In this document: in pieces, positions 39,227-48,438 of the stretch | Numbering within the stretch: position 1 is the stretch's first letter | How the letters are laid out: each line of letters opens with the position of its first letter | Origin: a bacterium | GTDB taxonomy: Bacteria > Patescibacteriota > Microgenomatia > Curtissbacterales > GWA2-41-24 | Reading direction: 5' to 3' | Length of the DNA stretch: 64,000 nt | NCBI GenBank assembly: GCA_021813945.1 | Contig: JAKAJD010000001.1 | Span: 335,072 to 399,071, forward strand | Program-made: the position numbers and the translations under genes | The notes under the pieces: model-generated | Databases searched by the model: none | Told to the model about the DNA's origin: nothing | The model's input: the letters and a program-made list of their open reading frames with translations, nothing else

Positions 39227-42129
39227 GTTGCTGCTTTAATTGAAGTGCCGGGTGGGGTAAGACCTCCAGGGTAAATATGGTTGCTTCCTTGGCCAAAATT
39301 GAAAGCCTTAACACGCCAAAAGTAAGTTACACCGCTTTGAGGAGTTTTTTGATCAGCACCAATTGAAGAATCGGTATCTCCACTATCCGCTGGTCCAACA
39401 GTTAAACTCGGCGTTTCATTGTCCCAGGTAAATTGGACTGTGCCCCCAAGCCCTGTCATATCTGCAGCGCTTCTGTAAATTCCTTTTACACCCCAAACGG
39501 AAGGATTGGCGCTTGTATTTGAAGGACCATTAAAAGGGTCCTTAGATATATCAAGCCAAAACCCACTCTCAAAATTGCTATTGTCCAAAAAGCTAAAGGT
39601 GATCTTAGGGCTGGCGCCATTGCAAGAAGTGGTGGCAGTCAGATTCGACGGGTCACCGGCAATTGGAACGACAGTCGGGGATGGTGTTGGCGTTGGCATG
39701 GGAGTAGGTGTTGCTAAAGTGGGATCCTTTTGAAGGGTTACCTTCATCCAGTAAGTACTGTAAGGATTAAACCCTGTACAAAATCTGGACATTCTAAAAT
39801 ATACCACCTGTCCGTCGTTTTCCTCGTAACCTTCACGCATATAAGGTGCATACAAGCAAGGGTAAGTATTACCATTTACAATATCCTGTGGAGCACCCCA
39901 TGGTCCCCACAAATCAGGCGCCGACCTTAACTGAATTGTATACGGAGAAACATCCTTTAAATACATCATTATGTATTTTCCTAAATAGTTATCCCAACGG
40001 ACGCTTAATTCTCCAACGGGAGCAGGCACAACAATAACCGCAGAACTTTCAGCATTCACTGTCCAAGTTGGATTGCCGGAAGGGTCGAAACCCGTTACAT
40101 ATTCGTAGGCTGCCTTGTTTTCAATCGAACCCTCCAAAACTCGCATCAACTTTGCTCCGCCGGTCCTTCCACAGGGAATACCAAAAAAGTAGACATACCC
40201 GCCCTTCTTGTAAATTGCCACCTGGTTAAAGTTGCCGGGAGACCACTTTAGCCCCGAAAGTTTTGTCCAATTCTGGCCACCATCTGTCGATTTGGCAACA
40301 GATGAGTAATTGCAACTCCAGCTCGGTGAAATGGTGCCCTCAAAATAGAAGAGGTATCCTGTTGTTCCAATACTTACCCCATATGTTGGAATTGCCGTTT
40401 CGGTAGCCGGTCCGGCATCATGGGGGATAAGTGCCTTGGCTTTTCCGTCTGCACCGACAATCCAGCCGTCAAAAGTTATTCCGTCACTGGGATTACTATC
40501 AGTAGTATAAGAAAGAGTATTGCTTCGCCAGTTGACAGGGGTAGCGCTTAAGGGACACCCAAACGTGTCACCAAAAACGTTATAAACTTTCCCGTTCCAG
40601 TCAAACATGCTGCCTAAATCAGCACCACAAACATCGACATTTTGGGTAGAATTATTTCCATCCGGGCCAATTTCCTTGTTTACAGAACTCTGACGCGGCG
40701 TTGTACAAGTTTTGCCTGAGTATGAACCCTCTAAAGTCAAATCAGAAGCACTAATAAAGCCATCTGCATTAAGATCAAATCGCTTATCGTAAGTAGCACC
40801 GCCAGTCCTAGAGCCATAATGCGCAGAAATCAAACTCATATCAGCAGAGTCTGATATTCCGTCATTATTAAAATCAGGCGGCCAAGCGTTGGGTCCACAA
40901 GCAAGGTTAATATCTGTTCCCATGTAATTTTCTACATAATCGGTAAACCCATCTTTATCGGTATCCAAGGTAGGCAACGGAGTAGGTGTTGGAGTAGGCG
41001 GGGGATAATAAAGCTTTTCGCCAGCCGCCTTAGCCGCATCAAAATCAGCGATAAAATCCCACCAGTTGGAAAGCTCAGGATTAGGATTGTTAAGTCCCGG
41101 CATATTTTGCCACTGCCAAATGTGAAATTTTACTTCGTCACACTTCCACTCGTCACAATTTATGTTTACAGTTTGCCCTGTTCCACCTGGATTCCAATCT
41201 TCGCAATCCGTCCAAACAAATCTAGTATTGGAATAATCGTACGAACCCCATATCATATCCGGCGTCGCAGGAGTATTAGGCGGATCGTGCGTCCACCCAC
41301 AACGATGGGCGTTACCGGCGCCACTGCCGTCGTTATTGTAATAAGTCCTCCATGGACCCTCAAATTTACCTGTATAAGTTGTAGAGTCAATATTGTTATA
41401 AACTGCCTCAAGCTGATGCCCATGGTCATGGACGGCTGCATCTGTACCTCGTCCGTAATTGTAGTTGTATAAAACATACGTTTTGGAACAAACCGGCATA
41501 TCAGCTATTCCTTCGCTGTTGCTGATGTCCCCATAAGGCCCAGCCATATTCGACTCGGTTGGCTCAATGTTTCCCCAATGGTAACCAAAAACCCAAACTT
41601 CCTTTATCCCCTGTGTATCCACATAGTTGCAAATATTCAGATCAGTTAAAATTTTCATATAATCTGGCCTGTAAATGTTTGTGCCCGCCGGATACCAGGG
41701 GACAGCATTAGTACTAACCGGCATTGCAGCTAAATATTCCTTATCGTCAATAAAACTATAGTGCATAGAAACGGGAGCTGCGGCATCCTTATAACCATGC
41801 AACCTGCTTGCTTCTTCGAGGGCATTTAAAGTACCGCTCTTAAGGGTATCTACATAGGCTCTTACATCGGTAAGACTAGAAGAAACCCCCGTAATAGTCG
41901 AATCAAGGTTTATGCCATCTGCCGTCGGGAAATACCTCAACACCAAAACAGGCATATTATATTGCTTGGATTTATCCGGCACCCCAGCCGCCGCGGCCAG
42001 CACTTGAGGTTTTGCGGCAATCTTAACCTGATATCGTCCAAACCAAACGCCGATTGCTACCAATACAAAAAAGGAGGTGATAAAACCGTAAGAAGCAAAT
42101 TTTCTAAACCTAAAAGAAGCCCGAACCAT
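39217..42129 (-). CDS. large secreted or membrane-anchored protein: unknown N-terminal domain, dockerin-like Ca-binding repeat pair, Asp-box beta-propeller domain, PT linker and conserved C-terminal FN3-like domain (paralog B)
   Basis: N-terminal TM anchor. Dockerin-type repeats DFNNDGISDSADMSLISAHYG and DLNADGFISASDLTLEGSY. Canonical Asp-box STDGGQNWTK. PT linker. C-terminal module shared with paralog A. Overlaps paralog A by 10 nt, so the two are likely co-transcribed. Confidence 0.7.
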   Translation of the reverse strand: MVRASFRFRKFASYGFITSFFVLVAIGVWFGRYQVKIAAKPQVLAAAAGVPDKSKQYNMPVLVLRYFPTADGINLDSTITGVSSSLTDVRAYVDTLKSGTLNALEEASRLHGYKDAAAPVSMHYSFIDDKEYLAAMPVSTNAVPWYPAGTNIYRPDYMKILTDLNICNYVDTQGIKEVWVFGYHWGNIEPTESNMAGPYGDISNSEGIADMPVCSKTYVLYNYNYGRGTDAAVHDHGHQLEAVYNNIDSTTYTGKFEGPWRTYYNNDGSGAGNAHRCGWTHDPPNTPATPDMIWGSYDYSNTRFVWTDCEDWNPGGTGQTVNINCDEWKCDEVKFHIWQWQNMPGLNNPNPELSNWWDFIADFDAAKAAGEKLYYPPPTPTPTPLPTLDTDKDGFTDYVENYMGTDINLACGPNAWPPDFNNDGISDSADMSLISAHYGSRTGGATYDKRFDLNADGFISASDLTLEGSYSGKTCTTPRQSSVNKEIGPDGNNSTQNVDVCGADLGSMFDWNGKVYNVFGDTFGCPLSATPVNWRSNTLSYTTDSNPSDGITFDGWIVGADGKAKALIPHDAGPATETAIPTYGVSIGTTGYLFYFEGTISPSWSCNYSSVAKSTDGGQNWTKLSGLKWSPGNFNQVAIYKKGGYVYFFGIPCGRTGGAKLMRVLEGSIENKAAYEYVTGFDPSGNPTWTVNAESSAVIVVPAPVGELSVRWDNYLGKYIMMYLKDVSPYTIQLRSAPDLWGPWGAPQDIVNGNTYPCLYAPYMREGYEENDGQVVYFRMSRFCTGFNPYSTYWMKVTLQKDPTLATPTPMPTPTPSPTVVPIAGDPSNLTATTSCNGASPKITFSFLDNSNFESGFWLDISKDPFNGPSNTSANPSVWGVKGIYRSAADMTGLGGTVQFTWDNETPSLTVGPADSGDTDSSIGADQKTPQSGVTYFWRVKAFNFGQGSNHIYPGGLTPPGTSIKAATCP

Positions 42130-42350
42130 TAGCCTAAATTAAGTATACCAACTTATCGATTATTTACCTATTTATTACATTAAGCATGCACCATTCAGAA
42201 TAATTTAAGGCTACAATCAGTTTATCAGGGAGGTGAAAATAATATGTACAAAGTAGATGATAATGAAGAAGAGCCCGAATCAAAAAACATTGTAGACGAT
42301 ACGGTACAACAAATCACAGGAACAGGGGACTATGATGAAGACAAGTAGCT

Positions 42351-43280
42351 CTATTTGTTTCCCGAATGAAAGCTTTTATGAACGTCCTTTAATTGAGCAT
42401 TTGTAACGTGCGTGTAAATTTGAGTCGTTGCCACATTTTTGTGACCTAAAAGCTCCTGAACCGATCTTAAATCCGCGCCGTTCATCAAAAGGTCTGTTGC
42501 AAATGAATGCCTCAAAACGTGAGGCGACGCTTTAACAGGCAACTTCGCTTTTCTCACATATTTGTCGACAAGCCTCTGGACCGATCGGGGAGTAAGCCTC
42601 ATTTTTTCACCACTTATTGTTGGATCCTGGTTTCCCGAATATCTAATAAAAAGCGGCCCGAAAGCATCGCTTCTTTTGGCAAGATAACGCTCAAGCCACA
42701 AACAGGCTCTGTCCGAAAGAAAAACCACCCTGGCTCGGCCACCTTTACCGATTACCCCAAACTCGCGCCTTTCCAAATTAACCTGGTCCCTGTTAAGTCG
42801 GCACAATTCCGAAACCCTCAACCCTGTTGAAAAGAGCATCTCCATAAGCGCTTTATCCCTTAAACCCCGCTCTACTGAAACATCTGGTTGGCCCAAAAGC
42901 CGGTCAAGCTGGTCTCTGTCTAAAAACTTCAAAGACCTCGATTCCGTTTTCGGAAGTTCTATCTTATCCGGCGTCACAACCTTTAAATCTTTTTTGACTA
43001 AATATCGCAAAAATGATCTCAAAGCGATTACATAGTAGTTCTGTGTCACTTTTTTAATCGGTAAATTACCGTTTGGACTGTTATAATGGGCTAAATAGAC
43101 ACGAAATTTGCGAACAACCTCTAAAGTCAAATCCTGCGGCTTTAAAATAGGGGAGTTAGCTTTCGACCAATCGGAAAAAAACTCTAAATAATGTCGGTAG
43201 TCCCGGATTGTAAGAGGGGAAAGATTCCGTTCAATTTCGCAATATTCCAAAAATTCGTCAACCAGAGCAGGCAGGTCCAT
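42351..43280 (-). CDS. tyrosine site-specific recombinase XerC/XerD family
   Basis: N-terminal SAM-like core-binding domain. Catalytic-domain motifs ...R...HVLRHSFATDLL...LGH...TTQIYTHV (the R-H-R-Y set). Confidence 0.85.
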   Translation of the reverse strand: MDLPALVDEFLEYCEIERNLSPLTIRDYRHYLEFFSDWSKANSPILKPQDLTLEVVRKFRVYLAHYNSPNGNLPIKKVTQNYYVIALRSFLRYLVKKDLKVVTPDKIELPKTESRSLKFLDRDQLDRLLGQPDVSVERGLRDKALMEMLFSTGLRVSELCRLNRDQVNLERREFGVIGKGGRARVVFLSDRACLWLERYLAKRSDAFGPLFIRYSGNQDPTISGEKMRLTPRSVQRLVDKYVRKAKLPVKASPHVLRHSFATDLLMNGADLRSVQELLGHKNVATTQIYTHVTNAQLKDVHKSFHSGNK

Positions 43281-43406
43281 AACTATATTCTACGACGTGG
43301 CTAAATAGAAAATCAACAAGCCATGAACCTAAAGCCAAAATTGTGCGACGTCGCATTAACCCTATAGTTTGCAATCCGAAATTCCTTCCGATATAATAAA
43401 GAGTCG

Positions 43407-44060
43407 ATGGGAAGGCTTATCGAAACCGAGCAGGGATTTGGTGGATTTAATGGTATGTTCACCTTAGCCGAAATGGACCGGGGAAGTAACGCTTACTGCG
43501 AAATCTTCAGAGACACCACCGGAAAACCGCTTGTACAAATTGCCGCAGATATTCTCAGGGAAAAGGGGCAACTTCGGGTGCTGGATGCTGGTTGTGGAAC
43601 AGGCCGGGCAATATACACCTTAAGGGAAGACGTCGCCCGTCAAACCGGATTGCCTCAAGCGGCAATCGACGTAACAGGTATAAACGACGTGGATTACCGG
43701 GGTAAAAGCAAAATGGTTGAGGTAAGAAGAGCAGCCGCAAGCGGAAGCCTAAGGTATATAGTCCAAGATCTGGACATAGCAGATTTAAGCGCCGACCATT
43801 ACGATTTAATAACAAGCGTTGAGGTCCTCATCTATAACGGCTACGAAAAAGCTGCAAGAATTGTTCATAAATTAACATCGGCCATGGCACCTGGGGGAAA
43901 AATGTTTATGACCCTAAAAAGTCGACAAAAACAACATTTAGAAAGCTATATGAGAACTCTTCAGTCGAACGGTTTTAAACTGTTTGAAAGGTCTATTCCT
44001 CCATTCGACCGGGTAGCAGTGATGGTAGAAAAACCAGCCGTTCGACAGGAGCAAGTATAA
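43407..44060 (+). CDS. class I SAM-dependent methyltransferase
   Basis: Motif I VLDAGCGTGRAI. Rossmann-type pattern. Confidence 0.65.
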   Translation: MGRLIETEQGFGGFNGMFTLAEMDRGSNAYCEIFRDTTGKPLVQIAADILREKGQLRVLDAGCGTGRAIYTLREDVARQTGLPQAAIDVTGINDVDYRGKSKMVEVRRAAASGSLRYIVQDLDIADLSADHYDLITSVEVLIYNGYEKAARIVHKLTSAMAPGGKMFMTLKSRQKQHLESYMRTLQSNGFKLFERSIPPFDRVAVMVEKPAVRQEQV

Positions 44061-44061
44061 A

Positions 44062-44799
44062 TTGTTAAAATACTTAAAGATGCCTCAGGAAAACACCTAC
44101 AAACGCGTCATCTTAAAACTCTCCGGAGAAATGTTTCTGGGAAACCGCGAATTCGGAATCGATCCTAAATTCACTACCTGGCTTGCCAGAGAAATCATAA
44201 AAGCCCAAAAAGGCGGCACTCAAATAGCGGCAGTTGTCGGTGGCGGCAACATTTTCCGTGGAACTTCAGCAGAAGAAAACGGTCTTGAGCGAACCGTCGG
44301 CGATTACATCGGCATGCTCGCAACAATCATGAACTCCTTAGCCCTGCAAGCTGCTTTGGAAAAAGAAGGCCAACCTGCGCGGGTGCTTTCTGCAATTGAA
44401 ATTAAAGATGTCTGCGAACCATACATCCGCCGCCGGGCAATTCGCCATTTGGAAAAGGGGCGTGTTGTCATTTATGCGGGAGGTACCGGTAACCCTTACT
44501 TTACCACCGACACGACCGCGGCCTTGAGAGCCCTTGAAACCGGCTGCGACGTTATTCTAAAAGCCACAAAAGTGGATGGTGTTTACGAAAAAGACCCTAC
44601 CAAACACGAAGGCGCCAAAAAATTCGACCACCTAACTTTTTCCCAAGCCCTATCAAGCGACGATATCCAGGTTCTTGATAACAGCGCGCTATCTCTTTGC
44701 AAGGAACACAAAATCCCAATCATCGTTTTTGACCTAGATAAAGAGGATAATATCCAAAAAGCCGTCTCCGGCGAAAAAATAGGGACCTTAATTTCTTAA
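44062..44799 (+). CDS. pyrH: UMP kinase
   Basis: Amino-acid-kinase family motifs (RVILKLSGEMF, VVGGGNIFRG, GTGNPYFTTDT). Confidence 0.9.
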   Translation: MLKYLKMPQENTYKRVILKLSGEMFLGNREFGIDPKFTTWLAREIIKAQKGGTQIAAVVGGGNIFRGTSAEENGLERTVGDYIGMLATIMNSLALQAALEKEGQPARVLSAIEIKDVCEPYIRRRAIRHLEKGRVVIYAGGTGNPYFTTDTTAALRALETGCDVILKATKVDGVYEKDPTKHEGAKKFDHLTFSQALSSDDIQVLDNSALSLCKEHKIPIIVFDLDKEDNIQKAVSGEKIGTLIS

Positions 44800-44858
44800 C
44801 CTCCACATTCTTTTTATCCTATAGTTTTAATCTCCTTTTTGTGGTAAAATCGTAGTTT

Positions 44859-45266
44859 ATGAAAGAAGCCCCTGGTAATCTAAATCTAGATCCGGAAGAA
44901 CAAGCCGTAATAGAAAGCGCAAACTTGGCAATAGCTACAGCCAAAAAAAGGAAACGCTTGGATCTGGTCTATATGGTAAAAGGCCAAAAATACTCAACTA
45001 TAAAAATTGCCTTGCGTCGGAAATTTACACATCTTACAACAGCATTTGCCCAAACTGAATATGGTCCGCAAGAAACTCCACTTGTTCCGCTGGAAATAAA
45101 AGTTGATGCAGACAATTTAACAGACGATGTTTTAATCGATTCAACTATAGCTTTTTGCGAAAGTAATTTTCCTAACCTTAACAGGGCAACAGTAAATATT
45201 TTTGGAAGCCTTCGAGAATATATCAATAAAAGACCCTCAGTAAGTTTTGTAACGATTTCCAGATAA
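44859..45266 (+). CDS. hypothetical protein
   Basis: 135-aa ORF with no recognisable motif. Sits where frr would follow pyrH, but the sequence is not RRF-like. Confidence 0.35.
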   Translation: MKEAPGNLNLDPEEQAVIESANLAIATAKKRKRLDLVYMVKGQKYSTIKIALRRKFTHLTTAFAQTEYGPQETPLVPLEIKVDADNLTDDVLIDSTIAFCESNFPNLNRATVNIFGSLREYINKRPSVSFVTISR

Positions 45267-45318
45267 AGGGCAGGTCTTTTTCTTGCATTTTAGCCATGGT
45301 TAAGGCCTGCCCTTAACC
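45265..45318. repeat. intergenic palindromic repeat element, copy B
   Basis: AAAGGGCAGGTCTTT, 18-nt spacer, GGTTAAGGCCTGCCCTTAACC. Begins 1 nt before the stop of ORF 44859-45266. Confidence 0.6.
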
Positions 45319-46131
45319 TATTTTTAGCCTCGTTTTAGCCTCGCCGAGCCTCTAATTGCCCTTTAAAAGGCTTTTTATAAACCTAGTCGATAAATGGGCC
45401 AGAGTATATAGATCAATTTCCATCAATCCGGACCAAAAATTAACTATTTGTTATAAACAGGGGATAAGTGGATCGAAATTGGTCCGCAACAAAAAAAGAA
45501 AGAAAACTGAAAAAAGCGGGAAAACACGAAAAATATAAAAACGAGAAAGTCCATAAATTATGATAAGTTAAAAAGCTTCGCCCCCTCTCTCAGCCTCAGC
45601 TCGCGTCGCAAAAGTATCATTGTGCGACGTGGAAGCTAATAGGAAATAAGGCCCTACCATAGGGAATATAAGGGACAAATTTTTTGAAGTGATTTAAAAC
45701 TGTTTATTCTATTTTTGGTCACTTTTCGCCTCATTTTAGCCCTTCCCCGAAAAAGGCAAAAATGCCACTTTCTAATGCCTTTAGCAGTTAACTTGTCAAC
45801 ATGCCAAAAAATATGTAAGAATCTCTTACGTAGAGTAGCAGAGTCTTATAGTCCTCCGTCAGGATCGCCTTAATATATTATTTATATCTTTAGTTGCGGG
45901 AATTTTTTTCATCATCTAACTTTTTCACGGTTCCTTTTTTCACGATTTCACAAACTATAACTATATCACACTATATCACCTGTTTCCCTTCCCCACCTCC
46001 TCTATCCCCGGTTTTTATAATTTTTCCTGAAGCTAATTTGAAGCTAAAATTTTCTCTATTTTTGGAGGAAAATAACTAAAATATACCACTTCTCTACAAA
46101 ATACTATAGGTTAATAATCGTTCACTTATTC

Positions 46132-46177
46132 AAGGTCAGGTCTTAGCCCTAGATTAACCCAACAAAGGCCTGACCTT
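46132..46177. repeat. intergenic palindromic repeat element, copy C (divergent)
   Basis: AAGGTCAGG, 28-nt spacer, CCTGACCTT. Sits just after the stop of the gene at 46194-47024. Confidence 0.45.
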
Positions 46178-46193
46178 CACTTATCACTTACAA

Positions 46194-47024
46194 TTACCCT
46201 CCCCATCTGGACGAAATCATAATTATCACAGCTACAACTAAAGCAACCGATAAGTGCTCCCACACAATCCTTGGCCTCAGCTTTTCGTGAAACACAAACT
46301 GCCCCAGCCCCAAAAGAACATACATGACAGTGATAACGACAAGAGAAGCGTTTATTGGTGCCAGCGGCCAAAGCGAAAAAACTGTAGCGACTTGGGCAGT
46401 CACAAGAGCAAAAACGATTGTATGCCAAAACACTTTTCTGGTAATGTATTCCTCAAGTCCAAAAGACCACAAGTTAACTAAATATATGGGGCCACAAACT
46501 GCCGCAACCCCCAACACTGTTAAAAATATTGAACCGTGAAGTGAAAACAGGACGTTTAGCAAAAAAAACGCAGCCACCAGAGAAAACAAATGTCCAACCG
46601 CATGGGCTGCCCTAAGAAGCGCAATCGTGCGGATTGCGGCGACATTATAGATATTTGAAGTCAACATTAAAAGGTAAACCGAGATTCCAAATGCCAGGGC
46701 AAACGGCAAGCGCGTAATCCACCTAACCGGAAGTAAAAAGTAAAAAAGAGTCGCGCCCATTACAAAATAAACCGGCAGCAAAAGAAGCAAAAAATATTTG
46801 ATTCCCGAAAGCTCTCCCCAAAGCGAAAAAACAGCCAAAAGCAAGGTCGACAAGGCTAAAAAGGCCATCACTTGATACCTAAGTGATTCGGAAACGGTTT
46901 GTGTGGCAATCAAAATTGCAGTTAGAAAAAACGACATCAAAATGAACCTTTGACGTTTGGTTATTTCGTACGACGTTATTTTCGGAAAAAATTTAAATGG
47001 ATTTGAAAAAATTTTTAGCTTCAT
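46194..47024 (-). CDS. hypothetical polytopic membrane protein
   Basis: 276 aa with about eight hydrophobic helices. No motif recognised. Confidence 0.55.
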   Translation of the reverse strand: MKLKIFSNPFKFFPKITSYEITKRQRFILMSFFLTAILIATQTVSESLRYQVMAFLALSTLLLAVFSLWGELSGIKYFLLLLLPVYFVMGATLFYFLLPVRWITRLPFALAFGISVYLLMLTSNIYNVAAIRTIALLRAAHAVGHLFSLVAAFFLLNVLFSLHGSIFLTVLGVAAVCGPIYLVNLWSFGLEEYITRKVFWHTIVFALVTAQVATVFSLWPLAPINASLVVITVMYVLLGLGQFVFHEKLRPRIVWEHLSVALVVAVIIMISSRWGG

Positions 47025-47050
47025 ACCTTACACCTATTTCGGTTCTTAGC

Positions 47051-47101
47051 AAAGGCCAGGCCTTTACCCTAGACAATACGTAGTTAAGGCCTGGCCTTAA
47101 C
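47051..47101. repeat. intergenic palindromic repeat element, copy D (the best-conserved copy)
   Basis: AAAGGCCAGGCCTTT, 17-nt spacer, GTTAAGGCCTGGCCTTAAC. The ruvC stop codon lies inside the second palindrome. Confidence 0.65.
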
Positions 47102-47683
47102 ATTCGGCTTCGGCTTCGGCTTTGACTTCCCTACCTTTGTATTTCGACTTATCGAAACCTTTTTTACGTTTGATACATCTGTTAACTGTGTAACCTTTAT
47201 GTAGTGGCATATTGCAACTGCCAGCGCGTCTGCCGCATCGTCTATATAACCATTTTTCGGTTTTGCCAATTTCCTTTTACCTAAATACTTCATCACGTAC
47301 TTTTGGATTTCTTTTTTATCCGCCTTCCCGGAACCTGTTATTGTGTGCTTTACATGAAGACCTTGGTATTCAAATATGGGTATCCTATAGGATGCGACAG
47401 TCGAGAGTACTACTCCCCTTGCCTGCCCAACAGTCATTGCCGTTCTGGAATTTACTCCAAAGAACAATTGTTCAATAGAAACGCAATCGGGTTTATATTG
47501 TTTCAGTAGCTTGTGAAGGTCTTTTTGAATACTAAAAAGCCTCATAGGCATTTCCATCTCCTTTGGAGTGACAATACAACCGTATTCTATTAACTGAAAT
47601 TGCTTTCCAGAGCTTTCAACGAGGGTCTCAACAAGCCCATAGCCTGTTGTTGCAGTACCTGGATCTATGCCTAAAATCAACAT
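47084..47683 (-). CDS. ruvC: Holliday junction resolvase RuvC with a lysine/proline-rich C-terminal tail
   Basis: N-terminus MLILGIDPGTATTGYGLVE. RNase H-like catalytic acidic residues. C-terminal tail KSKPKPKPNVKARP. Confidence 0.9.
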   Translation of the reverse strand: MLILGIDPGTATTGYGLVETLVESSGKQFQLIEYGCIVTPKEMEMPMRLFSIQKDLHKLLKQYKPDCVSIEQLFFGVNSRTAMTVGQARGVVLSTVASYRIPIFEYQGLHVKHTITGSGKADKKEIQKYVMKYLGKRKLAKPKNGYIDDAADALAVAICHYIKVTQLTDVSNVKKVSISRNTKVGKSKPKPKPNVKARP

Positions 47684-47686
47684 GGA

Positions 47687-48421
47687 TTAATCCCTAACTC
47701 TGGGTCCGTCGTATTCGACTTCGTTTTCGTCCAAACGTCTGACCGGTTTTTCCCTCAGTGACTCTTCAACTACGTGTGCAACCAACCCTGGTACTCTGGC
47801 AATTATAAAAATACCTTTACCTACTTTAGGATTAAATCCCATCTCGAGAAGTAACGCCCCGAAAATTCCGTCTATATTTAGCGGCAATTTTTTGACACCT
47901 TTGGAAACTTCTGCTTCAACTTCCAGCGCAAACTTTACATACTTTCCGTAGAATCCAAGCTTCTTGGCAATCTCCAAAAGCTTTTGCGTTCTCGGATCAA
48001 CCGTATAAAGCCTGTGGCCAAAACCGCTGACCCGTTCTCCCCTTTTTGCAAAATCGGCAACCATTTCCGCAGCGCCAACACTCTGCCACTTTTTAAAATT
48101 CTCCATCGTCTGCTGTATTGCACCGCCATGGAATTCACCAAACGCCAAAACTCCGGCTGCAACAGCTGCCTGTACCGGCGACCCAGCCGAATAAACGTTT
48201 CTGGCCGCAACCACAGAAGAAGGTTCAACTCCATGATCAATAGCAATCGTAAATATTGCATCAAGCATTCTTTCCGAATTTTTGTCCGGCATCTTACCCA
48301 TCAAAATTAAATAGATTGTTCTTGTGAAAGATGGAGATTCTGCAAGTTTGGTCAAATCGTAACCATAAACATACGGCTTGCCGTTGTGATGTGTCGAAAT
48401 TGAAGTTTTATACTTTGCCAT
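47687..48421 (-). CDS. truncated citrate-synthase-family protein (candidate citryl-CoA lyase, or the ATP-citrate lyase C-terminal module)
   Basis: Citrate synthase signature GFGHRLYTVDPRT. Only 244 aa, which corresponds to the C-terminal catalytic half of citrate synthase. Confidence 0.7.
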   Translation of the reverse strand: MAKYKTSISTHHNGKPYVYGYDLTKLAESPSFTRTIYLILMGKMPDKNSERMLDAIFTIAIDHGVEPSSVVAARNVYSAGSPVQAAVAAGVLAFGEFHGGAIQQTMENFKKWQSVGAAEMVADFAKRGERVSGFGHRLYTVDPRTQKLLEIAKKLGFYGKYVKFALEVEAEVSKGVKKLPLNIDGIFGALLLEMGFNPKVGKGIFIIARVPGLVAHVVEESLREKPVRRLDENEVEYDGPRVRD

Positions 48422-48438
48422 TATCTAAATTATTATAC

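Noticed and set aside
43343-45623. 12-bp direct repeat ATTGTGCGACGT at 43343-43354 and 45612-45623, flanking the methyltransferase, pyrH and a hypothetical gene next to the tyrosine recombinase. These could be att-like sites of an integrated element.
   Set aside because: Exact 12-mers are expected many times by chance in 64 kb. The enclosed genes include housekeeping pyrH. The flanking sequence shows no extended similarity.
45267-46193. Looked for tmRNA, RNase P RNA (GGAAAGTCCGGGC) and SRP RNA (GGAAGCAGCCA) core motifs, and for consensus DnaA boxes (TTATCCACA), in the long non-coding gap.
   Set aside because: None of the conserved cores is present. Only degenerate TTTTCAC(G/A) motifs were found. 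This is kept as a low-confidence hypothesis in the findings rather than a feature.
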